A stretch of 64,000 nucleotides of DNA, from assembly GCF_006345805.1 (NCBI RefSeq), contig NC_042997.1, forward strand, positions 113,522,001 to 113,586,000. The letters run 5' to 3'. Origin of the DNA: Octopus sinensis. Lineage: Eukaryota. The position numbers and the translations under genes were made by a program. Numbering within the stretch: position 1 is the first letter of the stretch; each line of letters starts with the position of its first letter. This document shows positions 35,461-48,335 of this stretch, one piece after another. The notes beneath the pieces were generated by a model. That model was not told where the DNA came from. It worked only from the letters and a program-made list of their open reading frames with translations, and did not search any database.

Positions 35461-36684
35461 ATCCTTCATGATGCCACATACTAAGTATACTTTTATTGCG
35501 TGTCCCTGTCTTTTCCATTTCTTTCTCCCTAACCTTTATGTAAATCCCCACACAAATTATTGTCTGTCTTTGTGATGTCCCCTTCATCTGTGCCCCTGTG
35601 GCTTATAAAAGAAATTATTAGAGTTGTTATCGACTGGAACTAGAGTAGAATGTGAGTTGTGGGATGAGTAAGAGAATATATGAGAAATCTGTTGGTGATT
35701 GCGTTTGTTGTTCTTCTTTTCATCATCATCATCATCATCTTCAAAAGGATCCATTAACACTGTTTTCAGTTGTGTGGTTATTTGGTCCCCAAGCACTTTA
35801 TATACATTAAATGTGTGTTTGTCTAGGCATTTCTGATATTATGTTAGCATTCATATATCTGTGTGTGTGTGTTTGTGTGTGTAAAACTGTTTATATATAT
35901 ATTATCTAACAATACTTCCGTCAAGCTACAAGAATATTTTCAAAGAGAACACACCTTTTGTGATTCATCTTTGGAATGTTGTCTGCTCGAGTTCCTTTCT
36001 ATGAATTCCACTAAAACCAAAATTTACCACTTGAAAGTGTCTATGCAGTAGTTCAGTCTTCGAGCCTAGATAAACTTATCCTGTTCTTTGTCTTCTCTTT
36101 GTTTCTTTATATCCATTAACAGTTGTTGTGTAGCCTCAGGTCAACCTCATCAAACAAATCTATCTATAATCAAAAGCTCTCCAGTTATGGCCATCCTGTC
36201 TTATTTTTAAGAATGGGGTTAAATTATCCCTTATATCTTTTCTTGAAAGAAATATCTGATTGGGGCAGATTTGGCTGTCATTTCAGGCAAACTCACTGGC
36301 TAAAATAAAATTTTGAATCCTTTTTGTATTAATAATTTAATTATGCATTGGCACAGATGTATAGGCAGAGGCATGGCTGTGTGGTTATGAAGCCGCCTTC
36401 CTAGCCATGTGGTTTTGGTTTCAGTCCTGTTGTGTAGCACCTTGGGCAAGTATTTTCTACTGTAGGGCCCTCCTTGGGCCAACCAAAGCTTTCTGAGTAG
36501 GTTTAGTAGACAGAAACTGAAGGCTTGTCAAGTGTGTGGCTGTATGGTAAGAAGTTTACTTCCCAACTACATGTTTCTAGGTTCAGTCCTACTCCTTGTC
36601 ACCTTGGGCAAGTGCCTTCCACTATAACTTTGGGTCAACCAAAACCTTGTGAGTGGATTTGGTTGACGGAAACTGAAAGAAGCT

Positions 36685-36743
<59 letters not shown>

Positions 36744-37169
36744 TGGCGTTAGGAAGGGCATCCAGCTGTAGAAACACTGCCAGACTAGACTGGAGCCTGG
36801 GGCAGTCCCGAGCTCCCCAGACCCCGGTCAAAACCGTCCAACCCGTGCTAGCGCGGAAAACGGACGTTAAACGATGATGATGATGATGATATATACATAC
36901 ATACACACACATGCACACAGGTGTGTGTTGTGTTTGTCCCCCATCACTGCTTGTGTTTACATCCCAATAACTTTAGCAGTTTGGCAAAAGAGACTGACCG
37001 AATAACTACCAGGCTCAATTCATTTGACTAAAATACTCTTTGAGGTGGTTCCCCAGCATGGCCACTGTCTAATGACTGAAACAATTAAAATGATGATGGC
37101 TGTAAACAAGTGTCTCTGTCATTCTTTTCAAATATTTTATGAAAAACAGAACTGGCCAAAAGGACATTA

Positions 37170-37310
37170 TTTACATTTGACAGATATTTCTCCTCATCTT
37201 GTTTGTTAACACAACGTTTTGGCTGATATACCCTCCAGTCTTCATCAGGTGTCTTGGGGAAATTTCAAACCTGGGTTCTCATTCCTAAGGTATTTTTCGA
37301 TGTTGTTGTT
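37170..37310 (-). mobile_element. Penelope-like fragment, third hammerhead-motif family
   Basis: Minus GACAC-CTGATGA-A-GACTG-N10-CAGCC-AAAAC-GTT-GTGTT at 37208-37253; followed by a (TTG/TTA)n tract. Confidence 0.7.
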
Positions 37311-37584
37311 GTTATTATTATTATTATTATTATTATTGTTGTTATTGTTATTGTTGTTGTTGTTGTTGTTGTTGTTCAGGTCACTGCTTAGAATCAAACT
37401 TGGAATCTTGGGGTTAGTAGCCCGTGCTCTTAATCACTACACCATATGCCCGTGGGCATATCTCTTAAATATAGAACTGGCCAAAAGAAGTTAATACTTT
37501 GCTTGAAAACAGCAGGTGAGGGTTGGCCATAAAAAAGTAATTCAGCCTCAACAAAATCTGTCTGACTTGTGCAAACATAGAAAA

Positions 37585-37950
37585 GTCAAATTCACAGTGC
37601 CCTTGGAGGACAGACCTGATATTTCCCACCAGGTAAAGAAATCAAAATATCAGGGTTTAGCTGCTGAGGCCCTTGACAAAGGTTAGCATGTGGCCCCATT
37701 CCTCTATAAAAATTGGCTGCTCCAGCTTTACTGCAGAAGATAGGCCTAGAGCCCAGACAATTGAAGAAGGCCATAATGGAAATAAGCACAGCTGCTGAAA
37801 CAAGCTGAAGATTGCTGTGGTTGATGAGAGACTGCAAGGGGAACCTTAAAGACTAGCTCAGTCCTTGCTGCCCTATGCAAGTGAAGTGTACATGTTAAGA
37901 GGAGAAACACTTGTGACCCTGAAATACCTGCTGATGATAGGGAAGGGTTT
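37585..37950 (+). mobile_element. HERO/NeSL-like REL-endonuclease LINE 3' fragment (degenerate)
   Basis: Translates across a frameshift to (T)VPLED...KKSKYQGLAAEALDKG and LLQKIGL...KKAIMEISTAAETS*RLLWLMR, matching the TVPWE..KY.L..GW / AE..SRWLW.R pattern. Confidence 0.6.
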
Positions 37951-38849
37951 CCAAGAATGGAATGGATTTAGAAGAGATTGCAAAGCCTCTGAATAGCTCC
38001 TGCAGTTTCTGCATGGGGCAAAGTATTTCTGATGTTTATTTCACATACATACGACAGGCTTCTTTCAGTTTCCATTTGTCAAACCCAGTCACAAGACTAT
38101 GGTCGACCTGAGGCTACAGTAGAAGACACTTGCACAAGATGCCATGCAGCGGGACTGAACCCACGACCTTGTGGTTCAGTAGGAAGCTTCTTACCACACA
38201 GCCACGCCTGCACTTCATAAGTAAAAGAGAAACAAGAAGAAAGCCTGAGAAATGCTTCTCCAAACCCTTTTAACTAACACTACTCCTCTCTCTCCACTCC
38301 ACCTATGCAGCTCATGAGCTATTTTCTACCTTTAGTGCACATTTCAGTTATTGACCTCCACAAACTGAATAATTTAATCCTGAACTACAACCAGCTCTCA
38401 GCCTGCTGATAGATTTGTACTTTTGCTATCCTAATCAGGTTTATTTAACCTCCAAGCTAAATATGTAATGCTTTCATTTCTCCTTCCTTTATGGGCATTG
38501 TGTCCTGTGAATTGATTTAATTATAATCACTCCTTCCTCTGTCTCTTTCTCTCTCTCTCTCTCTTGCCTTAACTCATTTACTCATTAGCTTACGATATCA
38601 CACCTACACATGTATGTCTGCTAGGTGTATCACTGATTTTTGAAGCAGCATTTGAAGACGTAGCTTCGTGGTTCAGAAGTTTGTTCAGTAACCTTGTGGC
38701 ATATGGTTCTGCTTTTAATTCTGCTGCATGGCACCTTGAGGAAGAGTCTTCTATCATAACCTTGGGTTGACTGACACCTTTTGAGCAAAATTTCTTAAAC
38801 AGAAATTGTGTCGAAGGTTATAGTGTGTGTGTGTGTGTGTGTGTGTGTA

Positions 38850-38976
38850 TAGTTGGAATTTATGAAAAAATAAAACAAAAGACGGGTGTGTAAATAACAA
38901 ACATGCATTAGTTCAATGCTCAGGAAGTGAGAAAGTCTTTTATGTTTCGAGCCTACGCTCTTCAACAGAAAGGAAC

Positions 38977-38978
<2 letters not shown>
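38850..38978 (-). mobile_element. Partial copy of the hammerhead-motif element
   Basis: Motif at 38937-38972; flanked by (TG)n and (TA)n. Confidence 0.7.
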
Positions 38979-39008
<30 letters not shown>

Positions 39009-39299
39009 AAAGATGAGAAAATAGAGAGGTAATTAATAAATTATTATTTATTAATTAAAAACTTGACACACATCCCTTATAGCTGTTTTAATTCCAGACC
39101 TTCAGAAAATTAATTAATTAGATTAAAAATTATTTAAAAATCGAATCTCTTCAGATGTAGTTTAAGATATACAAAATAGGTGTTCAATTCCTGCATTCTT
39201 TGTATAGGTAACTAACCAGTACTTCATAGGATTTTTCTATCCCTGAATGAGGTTTGTAAACTTTATTTATGTGTATACACACACACACACACACACACA

Positions 39300-39595
39300 C
39301 ACATTCTCACTATCCTGTTCCAGAAAGCACTTTCTCTTTGTCCTTCTACTTCCAGCCATTCCAGAAATGTAACTACATATGGACTTTTGGCAATTCTTTT
39401 TTCCTCCTTCCTTTTCCTTTGAACTTTCCTATGTTTCCTGTTTCTGAAGAAGAGCTATGCTCAAAACGTAAAACAGCAACTCTTTCTTTCCTCCTCTGAG
39501 TGTCTTATTAATACTTTACATGTGCTACATCCTCATGTTGTTTTGTTTTTTTTCCTGTTGTCTTTCTTGTCTTTTTCTTGAATTAATTATACATG
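39300..39595 (+). mobile_element. Penelope-like end fragment, second hammerhead-motif family
   Basis: GTTT-CTGAAGA-A-GAGC-TAT-GCTC-AAAAC-GTA-AAAC at 39440-39474. Confidence 0.65.
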
Positions 39596-39654
39596 TGTGT
39601 GTGTGTGTGTGTGTGCGTGTGTGTGTACATATTAATATTTAACAGTATCACATG

Positions 39655-40027
39655 CATGGCTGTGTGGTAAGAAGCTTGCTTCTCAACCACATAGTTCCAA
39701 GTTCAGTCCTACTGTGTGGCACTTGGGCAAGTGTCTTCTACTATAGCCTTGAGCTGACCAAAGCCTTGTAAGTGGATTTGGAAGACAGAAACTGAAAGAA
39801 GCCTGTCGCATATATATATATATGTGTGTGTGTGTGTCTGTGTTTGTCCCCCCCTAACCATTGCTTGGCAACCGATGTTGGTTCCTGTAACTTAGCAGCT
39901 CAGCAAAAGAGACTGATAGAATAAGTACATACTAGGCTTACAAAAAATAAGTATTGGGGTTGATTTGTTCAGCTAAAAGGCAGTGCTCCAGCATGGCTGC
40001 AGTCAAATGACTGAAGCAAGTAAAAGA
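39655..40027 (+). mobile_element. SINE family A
   Basis: Collinear with 4634-5050. Confidence 0.88.
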
Positions 40028-40084
40028 GTTTCTGAGAGTTTTATACTTTAGTGCCAATGCACGAAACTCTCAGACCTTGAGTCA

Positions 40085-40440
40085 CTCTGCTAAATATCTA
40101 TAAAAATACCAGGAAAATCCTGGAAGGCCTTGTACCAAATTTTGGTATTGAAAGCTACTCAAATAGCAGAATGTGGTGTCCAAACAGCAGAACAGGGTGC
40201 CACTGCATAATGCCAAAGATCCCAGCATCGCTATCAAAATACAGGACCAGATACTGCAACAGCTTCAAGGGCTTCAAGGGCCCGCAGCGCTTCAATATCC
40301 TTCCGTAGGTGTCTTTAAAACAAAACTGGATCTCCTCCTGTTGAGGGTTCCAGACGAGCCTACTTCATGACATAAAACACAAATGAGGGTAGCAGCATCA
40401 AACTCCCTCATTCACCAAATTCCACATGTCAGAGGGGGTT
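40085..40440 (+). mobile_element. CR1-like LINE C-terminal fragment
   Basis: KILEGLVPNFGIESY...HCIMPKIP...RTRYCNSF.GPQRFNILP and VFKTKLDLLLLRVPDEPT...AASNSLIHQ. Confidence 0.7.
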
Positions 40441-41473
40441 CCAAATAATGGTGTAGCACAGTCAATGCTGGTGCTCCAGCATGGCCGCAGCTTTGCAGCT
40501 GAAGCATTTTAAAGATTTTATATACTCATATTTTGAGTTCTATTTTTCCTGTTTGCATTAGCCTATATATATATATATATATATATATCAAAACAGAAGG
40601 CTAGAAAAATTTGGTGGGGCAGGGTGTTGTTTATTCACCATTCCACATGTTTCATGTCTCACATGTTTATCCTACATGTACAATTTTGAAAATCTTATTA
40701 CAAATTCTTCAGACATGGAATCAAACAACACAAAGTTTACATTTGGAAGAAGTGATTATATATTATATAGTTGGTTACTAATCAGAAGTTGTAGAGAAAG
40801 TTGGGAGAGAGAATCGGTTTTGATATATATAATTACTCTGCAAGAAATATTCTCAGAGTTTTCAACTCTAATGTGTCACTTCCCACAAATATACCAACTA
40901 CAACAGAATTGGAATTCTAGAATAAGCACATCTGCTTCAAGGAGACACGGCTTGGATTTTAGCCCTATCTACATTTCATATCCATCCATCTATTTATCTA
41001 TCTAATCATTTTAACGTGTGCTTTCCACGCTTGCATGGGTCAGATGGAATTTGTTGAGGCAGATTTTTCTATAGACAGACATGTTTTCACAGAAGATTGG
41101 AGACAAACAACATTGCTTGTATGACAGTGACACAACTATTGTGCAATGCCAAGACAAGGAAACATGCACATTTATATATATAATCTGAAATGTTCAGTAT
41201 TATATATCCATCACAGCTGATGATCTTACCAATTGGTTTCTGCAAGGAATACAATGGAGTGTTAGATAACAATCCAATTATATAGCCTTCCACTCATCAG
41301 ATATTTAATATTTATTATGGATATTTAATACTGTACACTCTGGATAATATACCCACTCTATTGACAGATATACGAGTGCATCTTTTCCCTGATTTATGGT
41401 CTCTTAGAAGACTCACATGTACATACATACATATATACATTATATATATATATATAGAGAGAGAGAGAGCGAG

Positions 41474-41506
<33 letters not shown>

Positions 41507-42168
41507 TACATACAAGCAAGCATCTATGTGCGAAATAATATGGAGAAAATAAAACTCAAATACTAAAGCTAGAGTAAAATAGTGTTTTATTGAAGTCCCA
41601 GCTTCAATAAAACAAGAAGAAACTTCACAAAATGTTCCTCAGAGTTTCATGTAACTTCTGTCTGATGATTGACCATGAGTAATAGTTTGTGAGGCTTCTT
41701 AGTTTCACTAAACTGCTGAATATGCATATGTGTGTGTATAGACTGTGGGCTTTTGTACAGTTTCCATGTACAAATTTCACCGACAAGGCATTCATTGGTC
41801 TTGTGCAGTTGGCTGCATAGGAGTCTGAACTTGAAACCAGATTATTTTGAAGCAAATTTCTAACTGTGCAGACATTCCTTTGTAATTAGTTCTGAGGACA
41901 GCTGTGTCAAGAAGTGCTGATCTCTGACTATGGTGGAAGCCTGTGGAGATATATTTGAACTGGTGCTGTCACACCAACTCAAATGAGGACAGCGTTAGTT
42001 CTTTTAGGTCATTCCATATTTTTCAACTGGTCACTGGACCGATTGAGTGAACTTATCAATCAATGAACCTGTAATGACTATCAGAAACAGCTGTAAGTCG
42101 AATTTACTACAATAAAAGAATATGTAAGGACCATTCTTTATACCTTGTCTTCACATATATATACATAC

Positions 42169-42242
<74 letters not shown>

Positions 42243-42835
42243 AAATAAGCAACAAGGATATCCTCTGAATATCTTTTTTGCTTATTTTGATTGTAATCAC
42301 TCCATTTTGAATTATATGAATAATACCATACTAAATTCTGGTGCCTTTAACTTAAGTACTATATTCAACTGAATCTAAATTTTACTGATCTTATATATAT
42401 ATATATCCAAATAGTAGGGATCTTTATTATCTTGGTAGCACTTCATACGAGTATTTAACTAACAGACTGCTCAAAGGGGTACTATTAATACTCTATCCAT
42501 CAACTAATTAATGAAACTTTAATTAGTTTAATTAATAATATGAAGCACACTTTAAATCTCAGGCTAGTATAGGCAGTTGTACATTTATCATGGGGTGAAT
42601 AATAATGGTAAATGAATAAGAATGTAGACAACTTTTCAATTACGTAAAACTCGTTTCCATGAGAAAATGTTATTTACTGCTTGAATTGGTTATTTTCTTG
42701 TGTTATGTAACGAATTAGCCAACAATAAACGAGCATTCTTATGGAAATGAGCAACATGTAATCGTAAAGTTGTTTTCATTCTTATTCCTTTAACACACAC
42801 ACACACACACACACATCTGTGTATATATTATCATC

Positions 42836-43225
42836 GTCATCATCCTCTTCATCATTTAATGTCTGTTGTCTATGCTGGCATGGGTTGGACAGTTTGACCA
42901 CACTGGCATGTTGGAAGGCTGCTCCAGACTCCAGCCTGATTTGGCATGGTTTTCTACGGATGGATGCCCTTCCTAATGCCAACCACTCTGCGAGTGTAAT
43001 GGATGCTTTTACGTGCCACCCAGCATGGATGCCATTTGTGTGGCACCAGGATGCATTTACATGCCACTGCCACAGGTGTCAGTTTGCATGACACCAATAT
43101 CTGCCACGACTGCGATTTTACTTGGCTTGATGGGTTTTCTTCTCAAGCATGACATAATGCCAAAAGTCCCGGTCATTGCCTCTGTGAGGCCCAACACTTG
43201 AAAGGAACTCAGCCACTCTGTCGCT
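42836..43225 (-). mobile_element. RTE 3' fragment (ORF end plus 3' UTR)
   Basis: Shares GTCATTGCCTCTGTGAGGCCCAA with 13090-13113 and continues into the same 3' UTR and tail. Confidence 0.8.
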
Positions 43226-43244
43226 GTGTGGCCCAATGCTTGAT

Positions 43245-43506
43245 ATATATACATATACACACACACACACACACACATATACACATAAACACACACACAC
43301 ACACATATAATATAGACATGTGTGTGTGTATATATATATATGTATGTGTGTGTATATATATATATATATGTGTGTGTATATATATATATGTATGTGTGTG
43401 TATATATATATGTGTGTGTGTGTATATATGTGTGTGTGTATATATATATGTGTGTATTTATGTGTATATATGTATGTTTGTGTGTGTATGTATATGTATG
43501 TATCTA

Positions 43507-43542
<36 letters not shown>

Positions 43543-43580
43543 GGTATATATATGTGTATGTATATATAAATGTGTGTGTG

Positions 43581-43632
<52 letters not shown>

Positions 43633-43646
43633 AATATATGTGTATG

Positions 43647-43681
<35 letters not shown>

Positions 43682-43690
43682 GCATATAAT
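43245..43690. repeat. Compound (TA)/(TG)/(CA) microsatellite
   Basis: Mosaic dinucleotide array. Confidence 0.95.
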
Positions 43691-44520
43691 AGACTGTTAG
43701 ACAGACAAGTAGAGGGAGCAGCTAAATACTATAATTAGCAGAGTCACCTGTTGTCCGCAAGAGAAAACTGCACTGGTTGAGAAAAGTGGAAACCAAAAGA
43801 CTTGGCTGAGAGTCTAACTATGTCTGCTGATGACCACAGCATGTGCCTCTAACCATTAAAGAAAATATGGCACATGCAACCAAACCATATTCCCTCATGA
43901 TTAACAACAGCTAAATGAATTTCTCTATTTTACATGTTATAAGTAATAGCTTAACTCTCCGGCTATTATTTTCCTGATGTCGTTCCATAATATCTTCCAT
44001 ACTTCATTCAGTCTCTTGTTTAGAAATCTTTTATCTGTTACTTCTTTTCAGTTATTGGAGTATGCCCATGCTGGAGCACCACCTTCAAGGGTTTGGTTGA
44101 ACAAATTGACTGTAGTATTTATTTCAGTTTTGGTGTTTATTCTGTTGGTCTCTTTTGCCGAACCACTAAGTTTTGGGGATGTAGATGATCAAACACTAGT
44201 TTTCAAGCAGTGATAGGCCATAGACAACATACACATACATTAAGCACACATGCATACACATATATACATACACATACATATATACATATCTACATACATA
44301 CATACACACACACACATATACATACATATACAAACTCACACACATACATACATACATACATATCCCTTCACTGGAACTGTAAAAATCTGTAAAACTTTCC
44401 AGAAGTTTATCATTTAAATATATATGAGCATGTCTAGATATGTAACTATATGCATGAGAATACATACATAAAACAGAAATCTTCACATACATACATACAT
44501 ATATACTTACATGCATGCAT

Positions 44521-45015
44521 GGTGGCTGCCTCCTCATTATTGAGTATGGCCACTGCACGAAGCTTAATCAATGTTGTTATCATGCAATGCCTGTGCAAGA
44601 AGATTTTTTTAAAGTGAGGAAAGGCTGTGCACTCAGTCAATCCCACTCACTAAGCAACAGCAGTCATAATCCGAAAAGAAGAACAAGTCAACATCATCGG
44701 TAACCACAGAGCCGCAGGTTTTATATCGGAGTTATCCCAGTCAACTGAGTTACCTTCTCCTAGAAGGATGCCCTAACAAAGGCTAGGAGTTCTTCACTCC
44801 CAACGGTTTAACCGCGCGATTGGGTATTCAGTCCGATTATTTCTATGTCCCCGCGCATGATACAGCCTTAAGACATTTATTGGGTCGCCGTTGACTCTCA
44901 AGAGTTCCTCCGCCCTTTGACGGGTTTTGGTTTTCATCCCGCAGGGTGTCCAATAAACACCCTCCTCACCAAGCAAGCTTGGTGGGGTTGCCGGTTTAAT
45001 CACCGACGACCTGAC
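44521..45015 (-). mobile_element. Non-coding retroposon with RTE-5'UTR-like segment
   Basis: 11-bp direct repeat CATGCATGCAT at 44510-44520 and 45016-45026; minus strand contains GGGCATCCTTCTAGGAGAAGG..AACTC..AAACC typical of RTE leaders; the half toward 45015 is CpG-rich. Confidence 0.55.
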
Positions 45016-45049
45016 CATGCATGCATACATACATACATACACACACACA

Positions 45050-45205
45050 CATAGTTGAATTTTATAGACAAACAAAAAACAAAGACAAGTGTATAAACAA
45101 TAAGCAGGTGTATTAGTTTGACACTCTGGAAGGTGAGAAAGTCTTTTACATTTTGAGCCTATGCGCTTCAACAGAAAGGAACACAAGGAAATAAATAGAG
45201 AGAGA
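45050..45205 (-). mobile_element. Partial decayed copy of the hammerhead-motif element
   Basis: Motif at 45143-45178 with CpG-type changes. Confidence 0.65.
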
Positions 45206-45637
45206 ATTAAAAATACTTTTTACTTGCAAACAAAAGTACCCTGTTGTTGATGGTGAAATTCCAATGAAGGAACCTTGGATCTAGGTTAGAAACTGGTTCT
45301 TTCTTTATTGGCAAGAAATCTTGAAATAAACTGAATAATGACATACATATATACAAAGCTGCATACATACACACACACACACACACACAACAGGCTTCTT
45401 TCAGTTTCTCCCTACCAAATTCATTCACAAGGTTTTGGTCAGTCTAGGGTAAGAGAAGAAGACATTTGCCCATAGTGCTGTGCAGTGGGACAGAACTCAC
45501 AATTACACGGTCAAAACCCCAAATCAGAAGTTGATAATACTAAACACCTCAAATAGAAAACAAAATTAAATTTTAAAAAAAAACAACAAAAACAAAACAA
45601 GAATAAAACACATTGATTTCACAATAATTTTGATGTC

Positions 45638-46040
45638 AAGGCAGCGAGTTAGTAGAACCGTTAGCGCGCCGGGCTAAATGCCTAGCGGTATTTTGTCTGC
45701 CATTACGTTCTGAGTTCAAATTCCGCCGAGGTCGACTTTGCCTTTCATCCTTTCAGGGTCGATAAATTAAGACCAGTTATGCACTGGGGTCGATATAATC
45801 GACTTAATCCGTTTGTCTACCCTTGTTTGTCCCCTCTGTGTTTAGCCCCTTGTGGGGAGTAAAGAAATAGGTATTTCATCTGTCTTTACATTCTGTGTTC
45901 AAATTCCGCCATGGTCAACTTTGCCTCTCATCCTTTTGGGGTTGATAAATTAAGTACCAGCTGCATACTGGGGTCGATCTAATCGACTGCCTCCCCCCAC
46001 TCCCCCAAAATTTCGAGCCTTGTGCCTAGAGTAGAAAAGA
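45638..46040 (+). mobile_element. SINE family B dimer
   Basis: Same two-monomer, two-tail organisation as 11120-11520. Confidence 0.88.
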
Positions 46041-46269
46041 ATAACTACAATGTTGTGTGCTTCTGATGTAAAGTGCAATGGTTATATAATAATAATAATC
46101 ATCATAATCATAATAATAATAATAATAATAATAATCATAATCATAATGATAATAATAATCTGGATTATTGAAATCGCTACTTTGTTAATTCAAAACAATA
46201 ATCTTTATTCTATACTCATCTGCACACATTGACCCTGTACCTAAATCACAAATTCATATACATACGCAT

Positions 46270-46304
<35 letters not shown>

Positions 46305-46923
46305 TACGTTTACTGGTTTACGCTGGGGCTGGACATGACCTTCAAAGATCATTAGTGATGTCAGCCCTCTTCCTCCAGTCTCCGTTTGTAGGATGGTGAG
46401 TTTTATGTTTTTAGTTCAATCTGCTTTGTGAGATGATCTCTTCTCGCCATAAGTAATTCATAGCAATGTACACACGCACACACAACTTGAAAAGGAAGAT
46501 GAGAGTAGAGAGGGAAGTACTGTCTCGTAGCAAATTTATTGAAAGGTGGATGAATGTCGGGAAAATGGCCAATATGAACGGACCAATTCTGAGATTACAC
46601 CTGTAAAAATAAAAAGGTAATATAAAAAGAGAAGGAGCTCTCTACCCCTTTTTGACCAGGCTCCCGTGGATTTTATGGGTTTTTCCAAGTAACCTTTCAA
46701 AGCGTCTCCCCCTATTGGGAGTTTTATTTGTTATACTTTTCGCTGTTATTTAAATGTTTACACGGACCTTTCTTTTTTGCAAAACCCTTTATACTTTTCG
46801 TCCTGTCTTTGTCCTTACATGTTTTTTTTTATTTATGTTAGCCAATATTTATGTTGGCTAATAAACCAGAATTTATTATTATTATTGTTGTTATTTTTAT
46901 TATTATCATCATCATCATCATCA

Positions 46924-46967
<44 letters not shown>

Positions 46968-46970
<3 letters not shown>

Positions 46971-47368
46971 CATTGCCTTTGCACAGCTTCTAATGCTGGA
47001 GATGTACTATGGTGTCAGCTGTTCACTACCAGTGAGCTAAGGTAACACCTCTCATTTTTTGAGCACCTTTCAGAGTATTCAAGCAGTTCCAAGCAGTGCT
47101 GTTTTCTGCAAGTGCTCCACCCTTATTGCAGTACCCAGTTGTTCCACGTACTTCTCGAGATTTTTGTTCACTGTTCCCATGGCTCCAACAATTATTGATA
47201 CTACTAGCACCTTTTTCAGCGACCACAACTGCTTAACTTCCAAAGCTAACCTGTCATATCTCTCGACTTTTCTTTCTTCCTTAATGCATACCTTGTTGTC
47301 AGCTGAAGATGCTATGTCTATGATCCAGCATAGTTTGTTTTCTTTCTCAATTAAGACTGTCTGGCTTC
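46968..47368 (-). mobile_element. R4/Dong-like LINE 3' fragment (restriction-like endonuclease) within (AAT)n
   Basis: Minus translation KPD-VLIEKENKLCWIIDIA..ADNKVCIKEERKVERYDRLALEVKQLWSLKKV.VVSIIVGAMG...LQKTALLGTA*IL*KVL; the two stops are TGA at likely CGA sites; (ATT)n tracts on both sides. Confidence 0.85.
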
Positions 47369-47380
47369 CTATTCTCTATA

Positions 47381-47413
<33 letters not shown>

Positions 47414-47654
47414 TTTTGTTTCATCAGATACAAGTATGTGTGTATTCGCCATTCTTCTATTTATTTTATTCAATCTTAGCAAAATGGAAACATGTCTTTG
47501 ACAGTTCTGGACCACACTGAACTCATTTCGTGCTTGACTTTTAGTTCTTATAAAAACAGTTTTACATTAATCTAAGGATTACTCAATACTGTTGGGACTG
47601 TACAGATTCATTATTCTTTAACAAGAATATTATTGACAGTGACTTCGAAATTTT

Positions 47655-47990
47655 GTGTGTGTGTATGTGTGTGTAGTTGTATATGTGTGTGTGTATGTAT
47701 GTGTGTATATATATGTGTGTGTGTGTGTATATATGTATGCATGTGTGTGTATGTATGTGTGTGTATATATATATATGTGTGTATGTGTGTGTGTGTATAT
47801 ATATATATGTATGTGTGTGTATATATATGTATGTGTGTGTGTATATATATGTATGTGTGTGTGTATATATATATGTATGTGTGTGTATATATATGTGTGT
47901 GTGTATATATATGTATGTGCGTGTGTATATATATGTATGTGGTGTGTATATATATATGTATGTGGTGTGTATATATATAGTATGTGTGTG

Positions 47991-48021
<31 letters not shown>

Positions 48022-48335
48022 ATATATATGTATGGTGTGTATATATATGTGTGTGTGTATATATATGTATGTGCGTGTGTATATATATGTATGTGTGTGT
48101 GTATATATATGTATGTGTGTGTGTATATATTATATATGTATGTGTGTGTATATATATATATGTATGTGTGTGTGTATATATATATATGTATGTGTGTGTA
48201 TATATATATATGTATGTGTGTGTGTATATATATATGTATGTGTATATATGTGTGTACATGTCTATATATATATACATATATGTATAGACACGCATATATG
48301 TATGTCAGGTGTGTGTGTGTGTGTGTGTGTGTGAT
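47655..48335. repeat. Compound (TG)n(TA)n microsatellite, ~680 bp
   Basis: Mosaic array; similar tract at 62410-62760. Many shorter (TA)n, (CA)n, (ATT)n, (GAT)n and (TAGA)n tracts occur throughout. Confidence 0.95.

Noticed and set aside
36123-36220. Strong polypyrimidine acceptor at 36122
   Set aside because: No convincing donor and no recognisable peptide; the frame compatible with the upstream exon stops after ~28 codons.
37895-37950. GAAAC ... CTGATGA in the HERO-like 3' UTR as a possible hammerhead
   Set aside because: Could not build the three required stems by eye.
42008-42092. Exon-like segment with TTCTTTTAG acceptor and GTAAGT donor
   Set aside because: Stops in all three frames; could only be non-coding.
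47059-47520. 153-aa + strand ORF; also 17176-17532(-) and 16628-16960(-)
   Set aside because: Antisense shadows of retrotransposon coding sequence.
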